Origin: Vulcanimicrobiota bacterium | Lineage (GTDB): Bacteria > Vulcanimicrobiota > Xenobia > Xenobiales > JADMJV01 | Direction of reading: 5' to 3' | NCBI GenBank assembly: GCA_023447635.1 | Contig: JAEXNA010000085.1 | Coordinates: forward strand, 200-64,199 | Length of the DNA stretch: 64,000 nucleotides | Shown here: positions 19,980 through 28,272 of the stretch, in pieces | Layout of the letters: each line of letters begins with the position of its first letter | How positions within the stretch are numbered: the first letter of the stretch is position 1 | The notes under the pieces: generated by a model | Told to the model about the DNA's origin: nothing | Database searches by the model: none | The model's input: only the letters and a program-made list of their open reading frames with translations | Made by a program: the position numbers and the translations under genes

Positions 19980-20940
19980 CCCTCCTTCCGTCATGGATCT
20001 CAAGGCCGTGGACAACCCGGTTGTCCTGTGGGCCCTGGCCAGCCTGTTCCTGATCCTGGTGGTCGCCACCATTATCGTGAACTATCTCCATTCCCGTGGG
20101 GGATCGGGAGAGTTCGACGAGATTGTCCAGCGGTTACGCACGTGGTGGATCATCGTGCTCCTGCTCTCTTCGGCGATCCTATTGTCCTCGGGCGCGTCCC
20201 TGGTCTTCTTTGCCTTTATCTCGTTTTTGGCCCTGAAAGAGTTCCTGACTCTGGCGCCGACCCGCAAAGTCGACCGGAACGTGCTGTTCTATATCTACCT
20301 GGCCATCCCGGTTCAGTACCTTTGGGCAGCGCTGGAATGGTACGGCATGTTCATCATCTTTGTCCCGGTCTACCTGTTCTTGTTCGTGCCGCTGCGCATG
20401 GTGCTGTCTGGCAACACCAAGAACTTTCTCAAGGCTGCGGGGATCCTGCACTGGGGCGTGATGACCACGGTCTTCTCGATCTCCCACCTGGGTTTTCTGC
20501 TGATGCTTCCGGCCGCTCCCGGCAATCCGTATGGGGATGGGCCGGCGCTGGTGCTGTATCTGATCATTTTGACCCAACTCAACGACGTGGCTCAGTACGT
20601 CTGGGGCAAGACGCTGGGCTCCCGTCGCGTGGTCCCGAGCGTCAGCCCTAACAAGACATGGGAAGGTCTGGTAGGAGGGGCGCTGACGACCACTCTGCTG
20701 GCCACCATCCTGAGCCCCTGGATGACCCCTCTGAACCTGTGGCAGGGCGCCCTGGGCGGCCTGGGGATCGGCCTCTTCGGCTTTGTCGGGGACGTCTGCG
20801 TTTCGGCCGTGAAGCGCGACCTGGGGATCAAGGATACCTCTCAGATGCTTCCTGGCCACGGCGGTGTGCTCGACCGGGTCGACAGCCTGACCTATACCGC
20901 GCCGCTGTTTTTCCACTACGTCTACTACATCTGTCACTAA
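19960..20940 (+). CDS. Phosphatidate cytidylyltransferase family protein (CdsA/YnbB-like)
   Basis: CTP-transferase_1 signature SAVKRDLGIKDTSQMLPGHGGVLDRVDS, plus SPNKTWEG. The ATG at 19960 overlaps the end of the preceding gene, suggesting translational coupling. Confidence 0.85.
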   Translation: MNSLWTNPPSVMDLKAVDNPVVLWALASLFLILVVATIIVNYLHSRGGSGEFDEIVQRLRTWWIIVLLLSSAILLSSGASLVFFAFISFLALKEFLTLAPTRKVDRNVLFYIYLAIPVQYLWAALEWYGMFIIFVPVYLFLFVPLRMVLSGNTKNFLKAAGILHWGVMTTVFSISHLGFLLMLPAAPGNPYGDGPALVLYLIILTQLNDVAQYVWGKTLGSRRVVPSVSPNKTWEGLVGGALTTTLLATILSPWMTPLNLWQGALGGLGIGLFGFVGDVCVSAVKRDLGIKDTSQMLPGHGGVLDRVDSLTYTAPLFFHYVYYICH

Positions 20941-20952
20941 GGGGGCTTCCGT

Positions 20953-21603
20953 ATGCTGGCTCGTATCGCGCGTTTTATCTGGTTCAACCTGTTTGTCCGG
21001 CCGCTGGTCTTCCTTTACCTCGGGGTGAACATCCGACGGCGCAATCTGCTGCCTCGTAAGGGGCCGGCCATTCTGGTGGCCAACCACAACTCTCACCTCG
21101 ACACCTTGCTCCTGATGATCGCGGTCCCCTCGTCGCTGCTCCGGCATCTGCGACCGGTGGCTGCCGCCGACTACTGGCTCAAGGGGAAGTTCCGCACCTG
21201 GTTCTCCCACAACGTGCTCAATATCGTCCCTATCTTCCGCAACAAAGCCGACCGTGGCGAGAATTCGGACCCGCTCGCCGGGATCGATAAGGCCCTCGAC
21301 GAAGGTTCGGCGGTAATCTTCTTCCCGGAAGGCTCGCGCGGCGAGCCGGAAGAGATGACCGGGTTCAAACGGGGCATCGCCATCCTGGCAGCGCGGCACC
21401 CTGACGTTCCGATCGTGCCTATCTTCCTCCAGGGACTGGGGCGCGCTCTTCCGCGCGGCGAGGGCATGGTCGTCCCGTTCGTGTGCGACATGTTCGTGGG
21501 AGAGCATCTTTATTGGGGCGGCGATGAGGCCGAGTTCATGGACCGCTTGAAGCGCCGCTTCGACACCCTGTCGCGCGAAGGCTATCGGCCTCAATGGGAG
21601 TAG
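20953..21603 (+). CDS. plsC: 1-acyl-sn-glycerol-3-phosphate (lysophospholipid) acyltransferase family protein
   Basis: HX4D motif VANHNSHLD and FFPEGSRG motif are present. It starts 12 nt after the CdsA-like stop. Confidence 0.8.
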   Translation: MLARIARFIWFNLFVRPLVFLYLGVNIRRRNLLPRKGPAILVANHNSHLDTLLLMIAVPSSLLRHLRPVAAADYWLKGKFRTWFSHNVLNIVPIFRNKADRGENSDPLAGIDKALDEGSAVIFFPEGSRGEPEEMTGFKRGIAILAARHPDVPIVPIFLQGLGRALPRGEGMVVPFVCDMFVGEHLYWGGDEAEFMDRLKRRFDTLSREGYRPQWE

Positions 21604-21613
21604 GCTCTCAGGG

Positions 21614-22948
21614 ATGAGTAAAGCGTTTCGCCCCTCGGCCGCCGTCCTGCTGCATCGTGGCTCTCAGGTCTGGCTGGGCCAGCGCGGCGCGACTCGTTTC
21701 CTGCCCGGATTCTGGGTTTTCCCCGGCGGCGGGTGCGACGCCGCCGAGTCGGCAGAGCAGGCGGCTCGTCGCGAGTTGGAAGAGGAGACGGGGCTCTTAC
21801 TCGAGACCCCGCTCGGGCCGCTGGCCCGAGCCATCACTCCGGCCTATGCGCCGGTTCGCTACGACTGCCTGGTCTATCAGGCCGAAATCCCCTCAGGGGT
21901 CGAACCCGTGGCCGACGGCACCGAGTTGGTCCAGGGGCGCTGGTTCGAGGTCGAAGAAGCGCTGGAGTTGCGCGACCGCGGGCTGTTACAGCTGGCTCCG
22001 CCCACCTGGCGCCAGCTTCGCCTGTTCGCCTCGGTGCTAGCTGGAGAGCGGGCGTTCCCGGACGAGGCCGAGGCGTTTGCCGGGCCCGCGCCGGCCGACC
22101 AGGAGGTCCTACCGATGGCCTCGGGAGTGACCGTTGTTCCGCTGCGCTCACCGGCCATGCCGCCGGCGGCTTGGACCAACGCTCTGCTGGTGGGGGAGCA
22201 GCGTCTCTATGTGATCGACCCTGGAGGGGAGGACCCTGCGGTGCTCCGCGACGAGATCGACCGCAGGCGGGCGAGCGGGGCCGAGATCGCCGGGGTCGTT
22301 CTTACCCATCACCATCCCGACCACCTGGCCGGATATCTCTCGCTAGGGCTGGCCGACCTTCCGCTTTACTGCCATCCGATCACCCGCCCGCTCTTGCCTG
22401 AGAGTTTTCCCACCCCTCTCGACTGGAACGACGGCGAGCGTCTCGAGGTCGAGCCAGGTCTGAGCATGGTGGCTCACTGGACTCCCGGCCACGCTCCCGG
22501 GCACCTGGCTGTCGAGGTCCCCGAGCGACGTTGCCTGCTGGCGGCGGACCTGATCAGTAGTCTTTCTTCGATCGTGATTCCATCCTCGAACGGCGACCTG
22601 GTAGCCTACTTGGATTCGTTGGCTCGGATGCGGGCACTGGACTGCCACCTGGTGATCCCGTCGCACGGCCCGCCTTACGGCCAGGGCAGCGACCCTTTTG
22701 GTCAGGCCATCGCCCATCGACAGAAGCGGGAGGAGCAGGTTCTGCGAACTTTGCAAAGCGTCGAGACCCCGGTCGCGCTCGACGCTCTGACCGGGGTTAT
22801 CTATCGCGGGCTCGACGAGCGGCTCTTTCCCGCGGCTCGCGCCAACGTCTGGCATCACCTTCGGAAGCTGGCCCAGGAAGGACATTGCTCCGAGGGGGAG
22901 GCCGGGTGGTCTCCCCTAGGGCCCCCGCCGCCAGGTCAGGGCGGGTAG
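21614..22948 (+). CDS. Fusion protein: N-terminal NUDIX hydrolase, C-terminal MBL-fold metallo-hydrolase
   Basis: Nudix box GGGCDAAESAEQAARRELEEETGL at the N-terminus. MBL motif VVLTHHHPDHLAG plus a downstream His (SHGPP) in the C-terminal half. Confidence 0.75.
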   Translation: MSKAFRPSAAVLLHRGSQVWLGQRGATRFLPGFWVFPGGGCDAAESAEQAARRELEEETGLLLETPLGPLARAITPAYAPVRYDCLVYQAEIPSGVEPVADGTELVQGRWFEVEEALELRDRGLLQLAPPTWRQLRLFASVLAGERAFPDEAEAFAGPAPADQEVLPMASGVTVVPLRSPAMPPAAWTNALLVGEQRLYVIDPGGEDPAVLRDEIDRRRASGAEIAGVVLTHHHPDHLAGYLSLGLADLPLYCHPITRPLLPESFPTPLDWNDGERLEVEPGLSMVAHWTPGHAPGHLAVEVPERRCLLAADLISSLSSIVIPSSNGDLVAYLDSLARMRALDCHLVIPSHGPPYGQGSDPFGQAIAHRQKREEQVLRTLQSVETPVALDALTGVIYRGLDERLFPAARANVWHHLRKLAQEGHCSEGEAGWSPLGPPPPGQGG

Positions 22949-23971
22949 CTGAAGCCCCTGATCGGCCGGCGACTCGAAGGACTCCCCGGTGGCATCGTCG
23001 TGAGGAAAAATCTCCAGCGCCACGTGGCGTAGCCAGGCTCCGCCTTCCAGGGGAAACTGTCGACGGACCGAGTAGCGATAGCTTCGCCGGCCATTCAGTA
23101 GCCCGGCCAGGTCTCGGCGCAGGGGGTCTTCGGCCTGGGCGCCTCGCCCAAGGGCGCGGCTAAAGACCGTCAACAGAGCTCTCCCGCGGGGGGTCAGCGC
23201 TTCCACCAGCCTGCTCAGCAGTTCGAGAAAGTGAGAGGCGGGGCCGGTGGCGTAGAGCGTCGAGCGCCCTCCCAGTTCGGGGGATAGGGTCGGTGGGTTG
23301 CCGACGATGAGGTCGTACCTGCTGTCGAGGACGGATGTGGCCTCGGAGCAAACGTAGCTGTAGTTCGTCAACCCCTGGGCCCGAGCGGCCAGTTCGGCCA
23401 GCTGTATGGCCGGCTGGTGGATGTCGACGCCTACCAACTCTCCGGGGAAGACGGAAAGTCCCAGCCCTACGCCTCCTCCACCACAGCAGAGGTCGAGGAC
23501 CCGGAGGGGAGGTCCCTGTAGAAAACCCAGGAGTCGCCGAGCGCCCGCCATCAGGAACAACGTGTCGTCGCCGAAGTAGACCAGGGAGTCGTCCTGGATT
23601 TCGGGTCGGCTGTGCAGAACGTAGCGACCGAAGCGAGAAAGCAGTCGCCAACGCGGAAGGGGTCCGTCCCACAGCGCCTGGAGGGCGGGTGGGGAGGGAG
23701 ACCCTGGGCGCCTGTGGCCCAGCGTCAGCTGACGGAAAAGGTCGTGCAGAGAAGGGGAGAGTCGACGCCAGTACCAGCGCGGCACGGCGACCTCTTCGAT
23801 ATTGCACTCCCCCGCGCGGAAGCGCTGGAAGGCCCGTCGTTCGCGAGCCGGCGACCAGTGGCGCGCGGTGAACAGCGGAAGACGTGAGGTCGCGCTATAG
23901 CCCAGGGTGTCCAGGGCGGAAAAGGCCTCCCGCAGCTCGTTGGGCGCAGGGCATTCGGGCAGCCGATGCAT
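22916..23971 (-). CDS. Class I SAM-dependent methyltransferase (HemK/N6-N5 NPPY-type-like)
   Basis: SAM-binding motif VLDLCCGGGGVGLG and DLIVGNPPT (an NPPY-like motif IV). About 150-aa N-terminal domain of unknown function. Its 3' end overlaps the convergent Nudix-MBL gene by 33 nt. Confidence 0.65.
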   Translation of the reverse strand: MHRLPECPAPNELREAFSALDTLGYSATSRLPLFTARHWSPARERRAFQRFRAGECNIEEVAVPRWYWRRLSPSLHDLFRQLTLGHRRPGSPSPPALQALWDGPLPRWRLLSRFGRYVLHSRPEIQDDSLVYFGDDTLFLMAGARRLLGFLQGPPLRVLDLCCGGGGVGLGLSVFPGELVGVDIHQPAIQLAELAARAQGLTNYSYVCSEATSVLDSRYDLIVGNPPTLSPELGGRSTLYATGPASHFLELLSRLVEALTPRGRALLTVFSRALGRGAQAEDPLRRDLAGLLNGRRSYRYSVRRQFPLEGGAWLRHVALEIFPHDDATGESFESPADQGLQLPALTWRRGP

Positions 23972-24012
23972 GGCGAGAAAGATTCTTTCCGCCGACCGCG
24001 TAGTCCCTTCAG

Positions 24013-24480
24013 GTGAGGCTCGATCTACGTAAGAAACTTCATCCCTATACGACTCTGCTCGAGTTGGCCGACGCTCTGGACGTCACCTTGCCTCACCTGA
24101 TGCGGCGTCTGCGGGAGCTTGACGCCCGTGACGAGCTGACTCTCGAGCGACTGTCGCTGAGTCTGGGGGCCAAAGAGCCGCCTCGTCGTCGCGACGATCT
24201 GTTCCAGGTCTTTCATCGCCACCAACTCTGCCTGGTCTGCGGTAGTCCGATGGAAGAGGTGACCGAACGGCAAGCCGGCTGGGGAGAGTTTCGGCAGTGC
24301 CGTTTCTGCCTTTTCTCGGCTCACGAGAATTCGGACTTCGAACGTCTGCGCGAGGTGGCCAGCGGCCAACTCGACGATCTGGATCACGCTTTTCGCGAGG
24401 CGAACCGGGTGTTCCAGCGCCGCACGGCGCGTGGGCGCAGCCTGCGCCTGGGCGAGCACGGGCCAAACGGCCTCGCCTAG
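24013..24480 (+). CDS. Hypothetical protein with putative HTH-like N-terminus and CxxC...CxxC zinc ribbon
   Basis: 155-aa ORF with a GTG start. CLVCGSPMEE...CRFC is present. No family recognised. Confidence 0.35.
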   Translation: MRLDLRKKLHPYTTLLELADALDVTLPHLMRRLRELDARDELTLERLSLSLGAKEPPRRRDDLFQVFHRHQLCLVCGSPMEEVTERQAGWGEFRQCRFCLFSAHENSDFERLREVASGQLDDLDHAFREANRVFQRRTARGRSLRLGEHGPNGLA

Positions 24481-24499
24481 GCCACCAGGCCCGGTCGGT

Positions 24500-24976
24500 C
24501 TAGCCGAAAAGCCCGAACGCTTTGTGGGTTCCGTACTCGGTCAGTTTGCCCCAGAAGGCAGACAGGGGGTTCTCTCGCTTGTGGGGATCGTAGGTCTGGC
24601 CCTGAGCCGTTACGCTGACGACTTTGCCGATGACGGCTGATTTGGGTAGCGCTTCTTTCTTTCCGAAGCCGTCATAAGCGAAGAGCAGATATTCTCCCTG
24701 CTTGGTCATCTTGAGCTTCACGAAGCGACGAACTACCGTGTCGCGGCCGTGGGCGCAGCAGACGATCTCGCCCATTTGCAGTTTGGTAAAGTTGACGGCT
24801 TGCACCTCGAGCACGGCGCCATCAGGGATGAGCGCGGCCAGGTCGCTTTTGGGGAGCCGGATTTTCTTGGAGCCCCCGCCGACGGACAAGGAGACGGAAG
24901 CCTCGGCGGCTTTCATGTCTCCGGCGATCTCGTTTTGCAGTGCGGAATAATCTTTCGACAAGGCTGATCCTTTCAT
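24500..24976 (-). CDS. Hypothetical protein, S24/S26 (LexA/signal-peptidase)-like beta-barrel without the catalytic Ser motif
   Basis: The pattern GEIVCCAHGRDTVVRRFVKL...LLFAYDG...VIGKVV resembles the S24 fold, but no GxSMxP motif is present at the expected position (LIPDGAVLEV). Confidence 0.35.
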   Translation of the reverse strand: MKGSALSKDYSALQNEIAGDMKAAEASVSLSVGGGSKKIRLPKSDLAALIPDGAVLEVQAVNFTKLQMGEIVCCAHGRDTVVRRFVKLKMTKQGEYLLFAYDGFGKKEALPKSAVIGKVVSVTAQGQTYDPHKRENPLSAFWGKLTEYGTHKAFGLFG

Positions 24977-25230
24977 ACAGCGATCTTAACCGCTGGGCGG
25001 CCTGTCCCCACAGAGAGCAATTGCTTCTTTCCCCCAGGCGCTGGTAGTCGGATTCAACTATAACCACAAGACATAGTCTCGCCAAGATCCCAGAAGGCTG
25101 CAATTCCTATCCTCCTAGAGGAACCGGGGGAACTGCGATGGAGAGGTTGGAGGGGAGGGAAAACTTTCTCGCCTCACGCAATGTGTCACACCACGATGCA
25201 GTGGACCACTCTTTTCCCCTAGGAGCGCGT

Positions 25231-26253
25231 ATGTCGAGCGGTAAGTTGGTCACCTTGACCCGACACATCATCGAGGAGCAGGCCAAGCATCCGGGGTCGA
25301 CGGGGACCTTCTCCAGTCTGCTGCACGACCTGACTCTGGCTTTCAAGATCATCGCTCGCGAAGTGAGCAAAGCCGGTCTGGTAAACATCCTGGGAGAGAC
25401 CGACGACAGCAACGTGCACGGCGAGACGGTGATGAAACTGGACCGCTACGCCGACGACCGGATCTTCAAAGCGATGGACCACGGAGGTCACCTCTGCTGC
25501 ATGGCCAGCGAAGAGTGTGAAAACCTGATCAAGATTCCGGCTCGTTATGACAAAGGCGACTACGTGCTGGTGTTCGACCCGCTCGATGGCTCTTCGAACA
25601 TCGATAAGAACGTCTCGATCGGAACCATCTTTGCCTTATTCAAGCGGGTCACGCCTGCGGGTGGAGACGGAACGCTGCAAGACGCTCTGCAGCCCGGGAC
25701 CAAGCAAGTGGCTGCGGGCTACTGCATCTTCGGCTCGTCCACCATGCTGGTCTACACCACCGGGCAGGGCGTTCACGGTTTCACCCTGGACCCTTCGGTT
25801 GGAGAGTTTCTGCTCAGCCATGAGAATATCCGCTGCCCCGAGAAGGGCAAGACCTACTCGGCCAACGAGGGGAACTACAACTATTGGGACCCTGGCACAC
25901 GGGCTTTCATCGACTATCTCAAGGCTCCCGGAGACCGGGAGAAGGGCGACTATTCGCTGCGCTATATCGGTTCACTGGTGGCGGATTTTCACCGCAATCT
26001 TCTGGCTGGCGGCGTCTTCCTGTACCCTACGGATAACAAGAATCCCGACCACCCTCGCCCTAAACTGCGACTGCTTTATGAAGCCTCTCCGTTGGCATTC
26101 ATCGCCGAGCAAGCGGGTGGAATGGCCACCACCGGCAAAGCACGCATTATGGAACAGACCCCTGGCAGTCTTCACGAGCGGATACCGCTGGTGATCGGCA
26201 GTCGGTGGGAAGTCGAGAAATATCTGGAGTTCTACCAGAAATTCAATCCCTGA
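25231..26253 (+). CDS. fbp: Fructose-1,6-bisphosphatase class 1
   Basis: The N-terminus LVTLTRHIIEEQAKHPGSTGTFSSLL...KIIAREVSKAGL...NVHGE..KLD is typical of class 1 FBPase. The ATG at 25231 is preceded by AGGAG. Confidence 0.9.
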   Translation: MSSGKLVTLTRHIIEEQAKHPGSTGTFSSLLHDLTLAFKIIAREVSKAGLVNILGETDDSNVHGETVMKLDRYADDRIFKAMDHGGHLCCMASEECENLIKIPARYDKGDYVLVFDPLDGSSNIDKNVSIGTIFALFKRVTPAGGDGTLQDALQPGTKQVAAGYCIFGSSTMLVYTTGQGVHGFTLDPSVGEFLLSHENIRCPEKGKTYSANEGNYNYWDPGTRAFIDYLKAPGDREKGDYSLRYIGSLVADFHRNLLAGGVFLYPTDNKNPDHPRPKLRLLYEASPLAFIAEQAGGMATTGKARIMEQTPGSLHERIPLVIGSRWEVEKYLEFYQKFNP

Positions 26254-26254
26254 G

Positions 26255-27622
26255 GTGATCATGACCGGAGAGTCTAAAGTTTATCTTCTCGATACCAGTG
26301 TTTTGCTGCATCGCCCCGAGGCGATCTACTCCTTCGGCGGCGACAACCAGGTGGTTATTCCGGTCGTCGTGCTCGACGAGTTGGACAACTTCAAACGCGG
26401 TTCGATGGAGATCAACCGAAACGCTCGCCACGTGATCGGCTTGTTCGACGAACTGCGGGCCCGAGGTCCGATTTTCGAGGGAGTCGAACTCGACCACGGC
26501 GGTCGCCTGAAGGTCGAGACGGAACTGGGGCGCGATACCAAAGGGCTACTTCCCAAAGGGTTCGAGAACACGGCCGACAACTGCATCCTGGCCACCGCTC
26601 TCGGAATTAAGAAGGGCGCTCCCGACCGCAAGGTGATCCTGGTCACCAAGGACATCAACATGCGGGTCAAAGCTGAAGCGCTGGGTCTGCTGGCCCAGGA
26701 CTACAAAGCCGACCAGTTGGTCGATCCCGACGAGATGTACACCGGCCACGCCGAAGTGGTGGTGCCGCAAGAGTTCATCGACCAGATGTACAAAGAAAAG
26801 TCGGTCTCGGTGAACGGCTCGCTGGGCAAGTCTCAGGACAAAGAGCAGACCTTCTACCCCAACCAGTTCCTGATGTTGGTCAGCGCCGAGTCGCCCTCGA
26901 TCACCGCGCTTACCCGCTACGACGGAGACAATCTGGAACTGCTGCGCGACCCGCGTCACGACATCTGGGGTATCCGCCCTCTGAATCGAGAACAGCGCTA
27001 CGCGGTCGAACTTCTGCTCGATGACAATATTCCGCTGGTCACCCTGGCGGGCAAAGCGGGTACGGGAAAGACCATTCTGGCGATCGCTGCGGGCTTGCAG
27101 AAGGTGGTCAACGACAAACTGTTCCGTCGTCTTTCTATCTATCGTCCCGTCGTCCCGATGGGTCGCGACATCGGCTACCTGCCCGGCACCGAACAGGAAA
27201 AGCTGACCCCCTGGATGCAGCCGATTTTCGACAATCTCGAATTTTTGCTCAACGAAGGCGACCGCAAGAATCGCGGCACCTCGAAGCTGGATTACCTGAT
27301 CGACAGCAACGTGCTCGACATCAAGGCGCTGACCTACATCCGCGGACGCAGCCTGCCGCACCAGTTCATCATCGTGGACGAGGCTCAGAACCTGACCCCC
27401 CACGAGGTCAAAACGATCGTCACTCGAGCCGGTCACGGCACCAAACTGGTGCTGACCGGCGACCCTTATCAGATCGATTCGCCGTATCTGGACTCGACTT
27501 CGAACGGGTTGACCCATGTGGTGGAGCGGTTCCGCGGCCAGAAGATGGCGGCCCACGTCACCCTGCAAAAGGGCGAACGTTCGCCGCTGGCCGAGTTGGC
27601 GTCCGAGATTATGGAGCGCTGA
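26255..27622 (+). CDS. PIN-domain / PhoH-like ATPase (PhoH2/YlaK family)
   Basis: N-terminal PIN domain (VYLLDTSVLL ... DNCILATAL). Walker A AGKAGTGKT and Walker B IIVDEAQNL. The start is GTG 26255 or ATG 26261, immediately after the fbp stop. Confidence 0.85.
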   Translation: MIMTGESKVYLLDTSVLLHRPEAIYSFGGDNQVVIPVVVLDELDNFKRGSMEINRNARHVIGLFDELRARGPIFEGVELDHGGRLKVETELGRDTKGLLPKGFENTADNCILATALGIKKGAPDRKVILVTKDINMRVKAEALGLLAQDYKADQLVDPDEMYTGHAEVVVPQEFIDQMYKEKSVSVNGSLGKSQDKEQTFYPNQFLMLVSAESPSITALTRYDGDNLELLRDPRHDIWGIRPLNREQRYAVELLLDDNIPLVTLAGKAGTGKTILAIAAGLQKVVNDKLFRRLSIYRPVVPMGRDIGYLPGTEQEKLTPWMQPIFDNLEFLLNEGDRKNRGTSKLDYLIDSNVLDIKALTYIRGRSLPHQFIIVDEAQNLTPHEVKTIVTRAGHGTKLVLTGDPYQIDSPYLDSTSNGLTHVVERFRGQKMAAHVTLQKGERSPLAELASEIMER

Positions 27623-27671
27623 ATTCTGGTCACTTTAGGAACCCAGGCTCTGTTCTCTGGTTGAGGTTGAT

Positions 27672-28127
27672 ATGAAAAGTCTCTATACTCGTGATATGAG
27701 CCAAAGACTGCGCCCCCTCATCGTGTCGCTTCTGTTCCTCCTCGTCTCCGTCGGGTCTTACCATGTCGGGTCGAGCTATCTCTCCTCTCAGGGAACCTCG
27801 GCCGAGTCGCCAGCGGGAACCTGGCAACAGTATGTGATCGCTGATGGCCGACCGGTCTATCTCGCCACTTTCAGCTTCGAGCAAGAAGGTTCGGACTTTG
27901 GGGTGCGAGCGGTCGATGTGGCGCCCTGCACCTTCCCGCAGAGCGGTTTCCGCACGTTTGGCCATGAGTACGACGGCAGCCACTGGAGCTTTCACTCCGA
28001 CTGGCATGAGTACGGTGTCGCCGAGTTTGAACTCGACAAGGTCGACGCTAACAGGTTCGAGGGCTACGCCTATCTCGATGGCGAGCAACGTCCCTACCGA
28101 CACATCCTCATCCGTGTCGGCGACTAA
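27672..28127 (+). CDS. Hypothetical exported or membrane-anchored protein
   Basis: N-terminal hydrophobic segment (LIVSLLFLLVSVGS) and a beta-rich remainder. Followed by a terminator hairpin. Confidence 0.5.
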   Translation: MKSLYTRDMSQRLRPLIVSLLFLLVSVGSYHVGSSYLSSQGTSAESPAGTWQQYVIADGRPVYLATFSFEQEGSDFGVRAVDVAPCTFPQSGFRTFGHEYDGSHWSFHSDWHEYGVAEFELDKVDANRFEGYAYLDGEQRPYRHILIRVGD

Positions 28128-28159
28128 CTCGCCACGTTCCTTCCAGTGAACGCCCTCCT

Positions 28160-28199
28160 AGTGCCGGCTCCCCTCGGGGACCGGCACTTATTCTTTGTG
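28160..28199. terminator. Rho-independent terminator downstream of 27672..28127 (possibly also serving the convergent LCP gene)
   Basis: AGTGCCGG(c)TCCCC tc GGGGACCGGCACT followed by TATTCTTTG. Confidence 0.55.
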
Positions 28200-28272
28200 A
28201 GGCCGTCTGTCAGTGCCGAGCGTCGAGTTCAGCGACCGGGGCCATAGACCAGGCTCTCGGTCGCGGTCACAC

